DNA from: Candidatus Hydrothermarchaeum profundi
GTDB taxonomy: Archaea > Hydrothermarchaeota > Hydrothermarchaeia > Hydrothermarchaeales > Hydrothermarchaeaceae
NCBI GenBank assembly: GCA_002011125.2
Contig: MTMF02000009.1
Span: forward strand, 776,989-840,988
DNA: 64,000 bases
Direction: 5' to 3'
The notes beneath the pieces were generated by a model. That model ran no database searches, was not told where the DNA came from, and was given only the letters and a program-made list of their open reading frames with translations. A program made the translations under genes and the position numbers. Below are positions 18,070-27,641 of this stretch, piece after piece. Numbering within the stretch: the first letter of the stretch is position 1; each line of letters begins with the position of its first letter.

Positions 18070-18264
18070 ATGCCCACAACAATTACAATAAGCGAAAGCA
18101 CAAAACAGGTGCTTAAAAATATCAAAGGCAAGAAAAAATGGGACATCCTTCTTAGGGAACTTGCAGAGGAGTATATGAAGATTAAGAGGGAAAGAGTGAG
18201 AAAGGAACTCAAGAAGTTGCTTATAGAAGAGACGAGGGTTAGGAAATGGGCGAGGGAGTACTAG
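18070..18264 (+). CDS. VapB-type antitoxin
   Basis: MPTTITIS...KWDILLREL; upstream of a PIN gene. Confidence 0.75.
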   Translation: MPTTITISESTKQVLKNIKGKKKWDILLRELAEEYMKIKRERVRKELKKLLIEETRVRKWAREY

Positions 18265-18608
18265 TTGATACAGATGTTTTGATCGATTTTGTAAATGAAA
18301 AAACTGAACTTCCAAATAGTCCCTTATATATAACTGAGGTAACCCTCTATGAGTTTATACGGGGATCTCGGGACATCTCAAAATCAAAAGCTCTTCTTGA
18401 AGAGGCATTCTCCGTCATATACCATGAGAACCCCATAATCCAAAAAGCATCAGAAATTTGGGTTACACTCAGAAGGGAAGGGGAAATCTTGGACGATAGG
18501 GACATCCTTATCGGGGCAGCCGCTATGATTAAGAACATTCCTTTATTAACCCGCAACAAGAAACATTACGAAAAGCTCAAAGAATTCGGCATAACTTTTT
18601 ACAAATAG
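18246..18608 (+). CDS. vapC: VapC PIN-domain toxin
   Basis: LVDTDVLID, DILIGA and LLTRNKKHY motifs. Confidence 0.9.
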   Translation: MGEGVLVDTDVLIDFVNEKTELPNSPLYITEVTLYEFIRGSRDISKSKALLEEAFSVIYHENPIIQKASEIWVTLRREGEILDDRDILIGAAAMIKNIPLLTRNKKHYEKLKEFGITFYK

Positions 18609-18618
18609 TGCAAAAGGA

Positions 18619-19287
18619 TCAGAAATACTCTTCTAAATCCTTCTGGGACGGCTTCTTCTTTTTTTCTTCCCAAGAGCTAATAGCCCTACCGACTTTCCTC
18701 CTAACCGCGGTTTGAACCTCCTCTATAGATCCGGTGGCATTGATGATTGAGATTACCTCATACTCTTTTGCGAGGTCTAGATATATGTCCCGCACCTTGG
18801 CGAGAAACTCTTTCTTCTCGAAGTACTCTCGCTCCCTAACACTACTCCGCAGGCTGTTCTTCGTTGATATTCTTTCGATGGCAACCTCCGGCGGAATATC
18901 TAGCAGTAAAACTAGGTCAGGCATTGGCGCAAACCTATTTATCTCCCTAAGCCATTCAAGGCTAAGACCAGATGCGCCCTGGTAAGCCATAGAAGAAAAA
19001 AAGTACCTCTCAGTAATAACCACCTTACCCTCTCCAAGCTTTTCTGAGATCACCTTAACATGCTCGCTTCTATCAGCCGCGAACAATAGGGCCTCCGTCT
19101 TTGAGTCGAGCTCGCCTTTTTTCAAGGCTTCTCTAATGAGCTTACCGACAGGCCCATCTGTGGGTTCCTTGGTGAGGAAAGTATCATAACCCTTATCCTT
19201 GACCCACCTGTTCAGGAGCTTACAGTGAGTTCCTTTCCCAGAGCCGTCTATACCCTCTATAGCTATGAACATGCCTCTTACACCCAA
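18619..19287 (-). CDS. tmk: Thymidylate kinase
   Basis: FIAIEGIDGSGKGT, KEP, LLFAADR and SSMAYQG motifs. Confidence 0.95.
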   Translation of the reverse strand: MGVRGMFIAIEGIDGSGKGTHCKLLNRWVKDKGYDTFLTKEPTDGPVGKLIREALKKGELDSKTEALLFAADRSEHVKVISEKLGEGKVVITERYFFSSMAYQGASGLSLEWLREINRFAPMPDLVLLLDIPPEVAIERISTKNSLRSSVREREYFEKKEFLAKVRDIYLDLAKEYEVISIINATGSIEEVQTAVRRKVGRAISSWEEKKKKPSQKDLEEYF

Positions 19288-19325
19288 TGCTTATCTCTTT
19301 TTTCTGCCTAATAAGGGCTTTGTAA

Positions 19326-20258
19326 TCAGATGAAATTGATATGCAGATAAATAAACATCAAATAAAGTGCTATAAGCACCGAGGACTCCTTCCTATTCAG
19401 ATTCATATTATTCCAAAGTAGCAGGAGGGCGATAGCAGTAGCAAAGGCCCAGTATACGAAATCGTAGGAGAGCAGTATAGGTTCAACTGCGAATCCGTAG
19501 AGAGAAGCTCCTATACCTATGGATAAAAGCGGGTCGGTGATATTAGAGCCGATAAGATTACCAAGGCTCAAGGCATGAGCTTTTTTGGAGAGAGCCCTAA
19601 GAGAGACGCTGAGTTCTGGAAGAGCGTTTCCAAGGCCTACAAGTATGCCCATAAAGGCAACCGGTAGACCAAGGTTCTGAGCTATACCTACTCCATTTTC
19701 AACCACAACTCTTGCGGAGAAAACAACTACCCCTATGCCTCCCAGGGTTAAAAAAACATCACCAATAACCCTAGTAGTAGGCGTCTCCTCCCTTGCGATA
19801 GGCTTCTCCTGCTTTATTAGAAAAACCAAGTAGGCTACATATAATAAAACTAGAGTAACGCCGTTTAAGCGGGATATCATTCCATCGCTCGCAGCTAGAT
19901 ACATGACGAATAAAGCTAGTAGCATGGCTATCCCATCCCTCCTCAGCGACCTCTGCTGAATATAGAGATTAGCAAATAACCCAACTATGCCAAGTATTAT
20001 AGTTATCTGACTCATGCATGAACCAATTATATTCCCCACAGCTATACCGCTGGATGGGAGACCCTTTCTAGCCAGCAAACCGGCTGCTATATTAGTAGAT
20101 ATTTCCGGTAAAGATGTGCCAATAGATGTTATAGTTAAACCAATAACCAGCTCAGAGACCCCGAGTCTCAGAGCTATTCTCCGAGCAGCGTTAACTGCTA
20201 TATCAGAAGACCACCAGAGGCCGAGGATACCGGCCAATAAAATTGTAGCTCCTATCAG
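19326..20258 (-). CDS. Na+/Ca2+ antiporter, CaCA (YrbG) family
   Basis: GTSLPE, GNIIGS and GNLIGSN repeats; probable CTG start at 20258 behind GAGGAGG. Confidence 0.9.
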   Translation of the reverse strand: MIGATILLAGILGLWWSSDIAVNAARRIALRLGVSELVIGLTITSIGTSLPEISTNIAAGLLARKGLPSSGIAVGNIIGSCMSQITIILGIVGLFANLYIQQRSLRRDGIAMLLALFVMYLAASDGMISRLNGVTLVLLYVAYLVFLIKQEKPIAREETPTTRVIGDVFLTLGGIGVVVFSARVVVENGVGIAQNLGLPVAFMGILVGLGNALPELSVSLRALSKKAHALSLGNLIGSNITDPLLSIGIGASLYGFAVEPILLSYDFVYWAFATAIALLLLWNNMNLNRKESSVLIALYLMFIYLHINFI

Positions 20259-20267
20259 CCTTCCTCC

Positions 20268-21512
20268 TCAGATAGCACTCTGCAATACAAGCACCACAAT
20301 ACCAACCACGGCCATCAAAGTCGAAGGAAATCCGATGATCTTGAGAAGGTCCTTTGTACCACTTATCCTGACAATTAGAATCTTGCCGAGAGTAGAGCCT
20401 ACTGCAGCAATCACACATCCTGATGCGGCAGTATAAGCGTCAAGGCTGCCGAGAGCTCCTAGCGAAGCTAGAGAAGCAGTAACAGCAGCGCTGCTCACAA
20501 GCCCTCCGAGCATAGCGGTTATATACACTCCTCCGACACCGTAATCCTTAAACGTGTCTACGATAATTGATATGGCTGTAAAAAGTAGTGCAAAGCGTAT
20601 CGCAGGCAGAATCGCAAAAGGTGACTCAACAGGGGTTTCCATCTCTTTAGGTTTCTCCTTATATTTAGCTGTGGCAGAGTATAGGAGTCCTGCGGCTATC
20701 ATTAACACTTGGGGTAGGACCATGAAGCGTAGTACCTCAATGCTTATCACACCGGCTATTACGAGGTTTCTAGCTAGCATTACACAATTCGTATAAACGA
20801 TTGCTGTTTTAGCTGATTGAACTAGCTCTTCATATTTTTTCGCCTTAATGGCGAGAGCACTTGTTGTCGCCTCGCTATTCACAAGCCCTCCCAATGCGCC
20901 CACTATTGGAAGACCCTTTTCAACGCCAACCTGTCTGAGCGCTAGGAATCCAGCGAATCCTATGGAAGTCACTACTATAACGATGAGTACAAGCATCCTT
21001 GGGTTTATTAGTCCGAAGGGATCTACGGGATAGTCTGGCACCACAGGGTAGAGGACAAACGCTATAATACCAAACTCTAAAGCATTAATAATCTCGCTGT
21101 GGGTAAGTGTCTTGGAAAAGCTGGTAGAATACTTCTTAGTTACCAGGATACCTGTTATAATCACACTGCCAGCTACTGCCTCGAAGTACATCTGCATTCC
21201 AGCAAGGACTCCTAAGAGAAATGTTAAGAGAAATGCAACCGGGGTTGTAACACCTATATCCCAGAGGTTTATATTCTTGATAATACCAAGTAGAAGGGTC
21301 ACAAGGAGTATACCGAAAAAGGCTATTATCAGGAAAAGTTCCTCCTCTAATGCATCAGAGATAACCACAGAGAGAGCTCCAAGAATTGAGGCGAGCATGA
21401 AGGTCCGCATCCCAGCTACTACTTTTTCCTTCATCTCCCTCTCTATGCCTACCAGCCCACCTACTAGAGCTGCTATTATAAGCATTTTTATGAATTCGGC
21501 CTGCAAAACCAT
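20268..21512 (-). CDS. MgtC/SapB family membrane protein with DUF4010
   Basis: GLVGIERE, AGMRTF, GVTT and GGLVNSEATT motifs. Confidence 0.9.
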   Translation of the reverse strand: MVLQAEFIKMLIIAALVGGLVGIEREMKEKVVAGMRTFMLASILGALSVVISDALEEELFLIIAFFGILLVTLLLGIIKNINLWDIGVTTPVAFLLTFLLGVLAGMQMYFEAVAGSVIITGILVTKKYSTSFSKTLTHSEIINALEFGIIAFVLYPVVPDYPVDPFGLINPRMLVLIVIVVTSIGFAGFLALRQVGVEKGLPIVGALGGLVNSEATTSALAIKAKKYEELVQSAKTAIVYTNCVMLARNLVIAGVISIEVLRFMVLPQVLMIAAGLLYSATAKYKEKPKEMETPVESPFAILPAIRFALLFTAISIIVDTFKDYGVGGVYITAMLGGLVSSAAVTASLASLGALGSLDAYTAASGCVIAAVGSTLGKILIVRISGTKDLLKIIGFPSTLMAVVGIVVLVLQSAI

Positions 21513-21621
21513 GTCTTTAAGTTATATTGGCGAGTATTTATAATATTTCCAAGATTTCCGCTTTCCTACCCCTAAAAATATAAATAACGATGTACTTATC
21601 CTTTAACCGGAGGTATAAACG

Positions 21622-22086
21622 CTGAAGCTAACTCATGTCTCAGATAAAGGGGTAAGGATGGTTGAAATCTCAGATAAGAAAGACATTAAGAGAACTGCTA
21701 TCGCTAGCGGTAAAATCAGGCTTAGAAGAGAAACCATTGAGGGGATTAAGAAGGGCACTATTGAGAAGGGTAACGTGCTAACCACCGCTCAAGTAGCTGC
21801 AACGCTGGCTGTAAAGAAGACTCCGGAGCTAATACCCATGTGCCACCCACTTCAAATAACCGGCGTAGATGTGAACTTTGATGTAAGAGATGAAGAAATA
21901 GAAGCAGTAGTAAAGGTTACGACGGTGGGCAAGACAGGCGTAGAAATGGAGGCCATTACAGGCGTTGCTACTGCCTTGCTCACGATATGGGATATGGTTA
22001 AATCGGTTGAAAAAAATGAAAAGGGCCAATACCCTGTGACAAGGATTAATGATATAAAGGTGCTGGAGAAGCATAAGAGCGGTTGA
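21622..22086 (+). CDS. moaC: Cyclic pyranopterin monophosphate synthase
   Basis: LTHV...MVEIS, LIPMCHP and TGVEMEA motifs; CTG start inferred (first ATG is at 21658). Confidence 0.95.
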   Translation: MKLTHVSDKGVRMVEISDKKDIKRTAIASGKIRLRRETIEGIKKGTIEKGNVLTTAQVAATLAVKKTPELIPMCHPLQITGVDVNFDVRDEEIEAVVKVTTVGKTGVEMEAITGVATALLTIWDMVKSVEKNEKGQYPVTRINDIKVLEKHKSG

Positions 22087-22089
22087 AAA

Positions 22090-22626
22090 ATGGAAACCAC
22101 CAAAAAACACAAAGAAGAGGCCCCTAAAGTCCTTAGGGCCGCGGTAGTCACAGTATCAGACTCAAAATACGATTACCTGTGGAGCAAAAACAAGACGCTA
22201 GAGGAGACAGAAGACGTTTCGGGAAAAGAAATTATAAGAACATTAAAAAATGAAGGACATGAGGTAGTTTTCTATACGATTGTCCCTGACCATGCTGGAG
22301 TAATTGTTGAGACGGTTGATCATATAGTAGAAACCTATGCTCCGGATATTGTCGTCACTACAGGGGGAACGGGAATCTCGAGTAAGGATGTCACTATAGA
22401 AGCATTGCGAGATGCCTTAGACAAGGAGGTTGAAGGATTCGGCGAGCTTTTTAGGAAGATCAGCTTTGAAAGGCTGGGTACCGCTGCCTTGTTAACCAGG
22501 GCGATAGCAGGTGTGTGGGGAGAAACTGTAGTTTTTTGTCTTCCGGGATCGCCTGACGCTGTGAAAACAGGCATGGATATAATCATTAAAGAAGCAGCTC
22601 ACTTAGTAAAACATGCGAGGGAATGA
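22090..22626 (+). CDS. moaB: Molybdopterin adenylyltransferase MoaB/MogA
   Basis: VTVSD, TTGGTG, GFGELFR and LPGSP motifs. Confidence 0.93.
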   Translation: METTKKHKEEAPKVLRAAVVTVSDSKYDYLWSKNKTLEETEDVSGKEIIRTLKNEGHEVVFYTIVPDHAGVIVETVDHIVETYAPDIVVTTGGTGISSKDVTIEALRDALDKEVEGFGELFRKISFERLGTAALLTRAIAGVWGETVVFCLPGSPDAVKTGMDIIIKEAAHLVKHARE

Positions 22627-22937
22627 AATTGAGATTTGAAGAAATAAGGAAGAAGCTTTCAGGATTAGATTGCAGGGAATGCGGATTTAACTCCTGCGAT
22701 GATATGGCGAAGGCGATAGTGGAGGGGAAAGTAAAACTCGAGGACTGCGTAGTTTTAGCGGCTGGGAAAAGAGTGGTGCTAAGGGTTGATGGGAGCGAGA
22801 TACCTATGGGAGGGTTCGTTCAGAGCTTCGTGAAAAACACTACCTTGGGTATGGTGAAGACTCTCAAAAAGGTGGATATGAAGCCTGGGAGCTTGGTAGA
22901 ACTCAGGTTTTTGGTGACAGAGGATGATCTACGATAG
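22623..22937 (+). CDS. Fe-S cluster domain protein (like the C-terminal part of archaeal MobB)
   Basis: LDCRECGFNSC...C; IPMGGFVQ. Confidence 0.75.
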   Translation: MKLRFEEIRKKLSGLDCRECGFNSCDDMAKAIVEGKVKLEDCVVLAAGKRVVLRVDGSEIPMGGFVQSFVKNTTLGMVKTLKKVDMKPGSLVELRFLVTEDDLR

Positions 22938-23844
22938 GTATGGTAGACCCCTTAAGAGCATGAGGATATCCATAACTCAGAAGTGCAACTTAGACTGTAT
23001 TTATTGCCACAGAGAAGGGGTCTTTGAAAAAACCTACAAGGAGATGACACCTGAGGAGATCCAGAGGATAACTAGGATTTGCGTCCAAAATGGGATAAAG
23101 AAAGTTAAGATAACTGGTGGGGAGCCCCTTGTGAGGGCAGATGTATGTGAAATAGTAGAGAGAATATCAAGCATAGAGGGGGTAGAGGATGTGTCTATGA
23201 CTACTAATGGCGTGCTACTGGAGAAGTTAGCTGAAGACCTTAAAAACTCCGGGTTAGATAGAATAAATATAAGCCTGGACACCCTCCGTCCTGAGACCTT
23301 CAAATGGATAACTAGGGGGGGAGACTTGGAAAAAGTCGTAAGAGGGGTTGATAAGGCGGTAGAAGCCGGCTTAAGACCTGTTAAGCTAAATATGGTAGTA
23401 ATGAAAGGAGTCAATGATGATGAGATAGAGCAGATGGTTAAGGAGTATTCGAGGGAGGAGGTGGTTATACAGCTTATAGAGTTAGTGGATACCGATAAAG
23501 CGTTTTTTGCCAAGTACTTCTATGATTTAGATGATATCGAAAGGGACCTGCAAAAAAAAGCTAAGAATGTGGTGATAAGGAGGTTCATGCAGGGCAGGAG
23601 GAAATATATTCTAAACGGCTCCAGGGTAGAGGTAATAAAGCCTATGCATAACAGCGAATTCTGCGCTCACTGCACTAGGATAAGGATAACCGCTGATGGA
23701 AAGTTTAAGCCCTGCCTGATGCGCTCCGATAACACTATTGATTTCCTTACTCCCGCGAGGAATGGGGCAACTGATGAAGAGCTTAACCAGCTTTTCCTAA
23801 AGGCTGTTGAAAATAGGGCACCTTATTTTAAGAAGAAAATATAA
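22924..23844 (+). CDS. moaA: GTP 3',8-cyclase
   Basis: CNLDCIYC, TGGEP and FCAHCTRIR...KPCL motifs. Confidence 0.96.
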   Translation: MIYDRYGRPLKSMRISITQKCNLDCIYCHREGVFEKTYKEMTPEEIQRITRICVQNGIKKVKITGGEPLVRADVCEIVERISSIEGVEDVSMTTNGVLLEKLAEDLKNSGLDRINISLDTLRPETFKWITRGGDLEKVVRGVDKAVEAGLRPVKLNMVVMKGVNDDEIEQMVKEYSREEVVIQLIELVDTDKAFFAKYFYDLDDIERDLQKKAKNVVIRRFMQGRRKYILNGSRVEVIKPMHNSEFCAHCTRIRITADGKFKPCLMRSDNTIDFLTPARNGATDEELNQLFLKAVENRAPYFKKKI

Positions 23845-23870
23845 GCCAGAGAGACTCTAAAAAAAAGCTA

Positions 23871-25058
23871 ATGCAGTTTAAGGACTTCAGATTCGATAGA
23901 CGCGAGTTTTCTGGCTCATTAGGGGATATGGGCACATTAGTGCCGTTATCCATAGCTATGATAGTAGTGAACGGCCTTAACGCTACTGCTGTCTTCTTGA
24001 TGGTGGGCCTATTCTATATAGGGACGGGGATATACTTCAGGCTTCCTCTACCGGTACAGCCTTTGAAGGTCGTTGCAGCTATAGCCATAGCTACTCACAT
24101 GGATGCAAGCACAATAGCTGCATCCGGAATACTCTTCGGCGTTAGCCTGATGATACTAGGGTTAACGGGATTAATAGATAAGCTAGCGAGATACTTCACC
24201 AAGCCAATAGTGCGAGGGATTCAGCTTGGCTTAGGCTTAATTTTGCTCCAAAAAGCTATAATTTTCATAACCGCTGAAGACCTGCTTATAAATGTAGAGG
24301 CTCTTCCAACCTTCCCGTCTCACATAACGCTGTCTACGAACCTTGCCATAGGTATAGTTGGGGTCCTGTTAGCATTGCTCTTAATTCAGAGTAGAAGACT
24401 TCCCGCTGCTATCGCCGTATTATCATATGGAATAATTGTAAGCCTTGCATTAGGATCCGTATATAATATCCGAGAATTTTCAATGGGATTCATTCCATTC
24501 TCCCTATATTCTCCTACTAAAACAACGCTCGTAGATGCCTTCTTCCTTCTGGTGATACCTCAAATACCGCTAACCTTGGGTAATGCGGTTATAGCAACAT
24601 CAGATGCGGCTAGGCACTTCTTCGGAGAAGAAAGGGCAAAGAAAGCATCTTTTAAAGCTCTCGCTTCAAGCATGGGGGTAGCTAACATCATAGCTGGAGC
24701 GATTTCCGCTATGCCCATGTGTCATGGCTCCGGTGGCCTAGCCGCTCACTACAGATTTGGAGCTAGAACAGGTGGTTCGAATATAATAATAGGCACCATA
24801 TTCATAATAATCGCAGTAGTATTCGGGAAGATGGCAGTCGCTCTCCTCTCGCTGATACCTAATTCTATCTTGGGTATACTCCTCTTCTACGCAGGAATCG
24901 AGCTGGCTATGCTGGTAAGAGACATTAAAACAAAGAATGATTTCTTCATAGTATTCTCTATTGCCGCAATTGCGCTGGCGACCTCAAATATGGGGATTGC
25001 TTTCATCGCGGGCATCATATTCAAATTCATTCTCGATAGAACAGGAATCGAGCTATAA
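23871..25058 (+). CDS. Molybdate transporter, MOT1 family
   Basis: GSLGDMGT, PVQPLK and PMCHGSGGLAAHYRFGAR motifs; moa operon context. Confidence 0.9.
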   Translation: MQFKDFRFDRREFSGSLGDMGTLVPLSIAMIVVNGLNATAVFLMVGLFYIGTGIYFRLPLPVQPLKVVAAIAIATHMDASTIAASGILFGVSLMILGLTGLIDKLARYFTKPIVRGIQLGLGLILLQKAIIFITAEDLLINVEALPTFPSHITLSTNLAIGIVGVLLALLLIQSRRLPAAIAVLSYGIIVSLALGSVYNIREFSMGFIPFSLYSPTKTTLVDAFFLLVIPQIPLTLGNAVIATSDAARHFFGEERAKKASFKALASSMGVANIIAGAISAMPMCHGSGGLAAHYRFGARTGGSNIIIGTIFIIIAVVFGKMAVALLSLIPNSILGILLFYAGIELAMLVRDIKTKNDFFIVFSIAAIALATSNMGIAFIAGIIFKFILDRTGIEL

Positions 25059-26663
25059 TCTTCCTCGCATAGCCCCGAGATCGATTTTACCCTCTTTGGC
25101 AGGGAAGTCCAGAACTTCGGGAGGGGCGGCTTCAGGCTTTGCGGGAGGAACCTCTTTCCTAGATTTAATCAATACTTCATCTATCCTCAAGATAGCACAC
25201 GCCAAAGAAGTGGCAGACTTAAGGACCTGTTTTTTCGTGCCAGCGTATTCAATAAGCCCACAAGCTCTAGCGTCTTCTAACCGACCATTAATAGCCTCGA
25301 AGGCTGTCATAGTATTACCTTTAGCATGCTCGGACCTAAGCTTCACCATCATGTCTATCGGGTCTAATCCAGAATTATATACGAGAGCCTTAGGTATAAC
25401 TTCTAGAGCTTCAGCGTAAGAGCTTATTGCGAGCTGTTCTCTACTACTCACGCTTGTTGCGTAGTCGCGCAACTTCTTAGCTAGCTCAAGCTCAATCGCA
25501 CCTCCTCCAGCGACCGCACTATTCTCCTTTTTAACCCTAGAAAGAACCGAGATGAGGTTCTCCATCCTCCTCTTTACCTCCATAGCTACATTCTCACTGC
25601 CGCCTCTAACCAAAATACTAGCGGTATTATTCTCTTTGCACTCCGTGATATACATTATCTCCTCTAGCCCGATTTTGCTCTCCTCAACTAAGCCCGCATA
25701 CCCCAACACAGAAGGGCTGACCTCGTTTATATTCCCTACGATCCTTGCACCAGTAGCTTTTTGAAGGAGTTTAAGTGTCTCCCTCTCTACATCTCGAACT
25801 CCCATGATGCCAGCCTTGGAGAGATAATACATGGCGATATCAGCTATATTCTTCTGGCAGAACACCACATTAGCTCCTGCTCTAGCGATCATTTCTACGG
25901 CGACGCGCATTACTTTATCCTTATACTGAGAAAAGGCACGCATCTTTTCAGGGTCATAAATCTCGATCTTAGCGTTCCTTGGGTTCCTCACGTCAAACTC
26001 TTTATCAATCAAGAGTACCCTAGCCCCGCTAATCTTTTTAGGCATATCAGGGTGTACCCTCTTCCCAAGGTCAATCACAACGCCTCGTATAAGAGAGCTG
26101 TCTAGAACTTTGCCGCCAGGGCGATACTCGATCTTGATATTTTTCTCATCTCCAGCTATTTCAACCGCTTCTACTGCTATCCTCGACAGATGCCCGGCCT
26201 CGCTACTTCCGACCTTTCCTCTGAGGATACCCTCGGCGAGGTTAAAGAGTTCTCTTTTAGAAGCAGGAAATGCTAATTCTTCGAGGAACTCGAGAGCCTT
26301 CTCACCAGCCCACATATACCCACGTATAATAGTTGCAGGATGCAAGCCAGAGTCCATGAGTTTCTCGGCATACTTCAACAGCTCACCGGTCAATACAACG
26401 GCAGTGGTAGTACCGTCACCTACCTCTTTCTTCTGCACATTAGCTGCCTCTATCAGCATCTTTGCAACAGGATGTTTAGTGCGTATTAGGGAAAGAATAG
26501 TGTAGCCGCTGTCAGTTACTGCGATATCTTTCGAGGCATCAACTAGTAGCTTATCCATGCCTTTGGGTCCAAGAGCGGTCTTCAGGGTCTCTGCGATTAC
26601 TCTCGCAGCTAGGATATTAGACCTTAAAGCATCTTGCCCTGAGTACACCTCCTTTTCTACCAC
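25053..26663 (-). CDS. Divergent thermosome (group II chaperonin) subunit
   Basis: LGPKGMDK, HPVAKM, GDGTTT, GGGA.E and ILRID motifs. Confidence 0.92.
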   Translation of the reverse strand: MVEKEVYSGQDALRSNILAARVIAETLKTALGPKGMDKLLVDASKDIAVTDSGYTILSLIRTKHPVAKMLIEAANVQKKEVGDGTTTAVVLTGELLKYAEKLMDSGLHPATIIRGYMWAGEKALEFLEELAFPASKRELFNLAEGILRGKVGSSEAGHLSRIAVEAVEIAGDEKNIKIEYRPGGKVLDSSLIRGVVIDLGKRVHPDMPKKISGARVLLIDKEFDVRNPRNAKIEIYDPEKMRAFSQYKDKVMRVAVEMIARAGANVVFCQKNIADIAMYYLSKAGIMGVRDVERETLKLLQKATGARIVGNINEVSPSVLGYAGLVEESKIGLEEIMYITECKENNTASILVRGGSENVAMEVKRRMENLISVLSRVKKENSAVAGGGAIELELAKKLRDYATSVSSREQLAISSYAEALEVIPKALVYNSGLDPIDMMVKLRSEHAKGNTMTAFEAINGRLEDARACGLIEYAGTKKQVLKSATSLACAILRIDEVLIKSRKEVPPAKPEAAPPEVLDFPAKEGKIDLGAMRGRL

Positions 26664-26948
26664 CTGAACACCTAGGTAGGAGATAAGCCAAGGTAAAAAT
26701 AAATATCTTACTGAAAGCCAAGATTATATGTTAGAGGGAGTAGGAATGTTTATTAGGATGATATAAGAGCAACTGTCTAAGAAACGCCCAGATAGAGAGT
26801 TTGATTGGCAACTAGGTATAATATCTATTATCTTTTTTTGGGTTGCGACATAGGAGTAAAAAAAATTGTATATCTGAACACAATCAGAGAAAAGCAGGTA
26901 TGGTTTAGAGTGGAGCATAAATTTGATGTTATTAGGGAGGTGAAGATA

Positions 26949-27588
26949 ATGATAACTGAAAAGGAAGCAGAAGGGATAATGGCATGCTTGATGAAAGGCT
27001 TCCTAAAGACTCTATTAGGGAAAGAGCCGTGGCTATAACAGAATCTGTTAGTTTTTCAACCCCTATAATTGAGGGTATTATCTTAGACCTTCTTGAAATG
27101 GGATGGCAATGCTATGTTTATGGTATCCCATATGGGTGTGTAATTTTCTCTGCTATGAGTGTTGAAAGGGCATTAAGAGTGGAGTTAAAGGATAAAGACT
27201 CGAACTTTAAGTGTTTGATTGAGTTAGCAGAGGCAAGAGGAATTATAACACCGGAGGCTGCAAAGATTGCACACGACCTTCGGAAGAAACGTAATGTATA
27301 TGTTCACGTGGACTCTAGAAAAGTGTGGGCAAATATTTTCTCCACCTACAGGCATACCTAAAAAGCGTTGGTGCTAAGAAAGTAGATTTTCCCGAGTCTT
27401 GGGTTTTTGGAATTAGGGAAGAAGTAGATGCGTTAAAGGCATACAAAGATGCAATACGCATCTTATCGGAAATATATCAAGGAAAAAGGAGGAGCCCCCT
27501 CTTAAAGAGAACCATGAGAATCATAAAATCACCTCCCCCTTATAGAGGATTTAAGGTAAAAACCATTCTTGATATTTCTCATAATTGA
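26949..27588 (+). pseudogene. Frameshifted HEPN (DUF4145-like) protein
   Basis: Three overlapping ORFs in different frames; RBS GGAGGTG; HEPN RxxxxH motif RNVYVH. Confidence 0.65.
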
Positions 27589-27641
27589 GTGTCTGGTATC
27601 AGCGAAATTTTTTTATATTTAGTATCTTAATACTAAGTATC

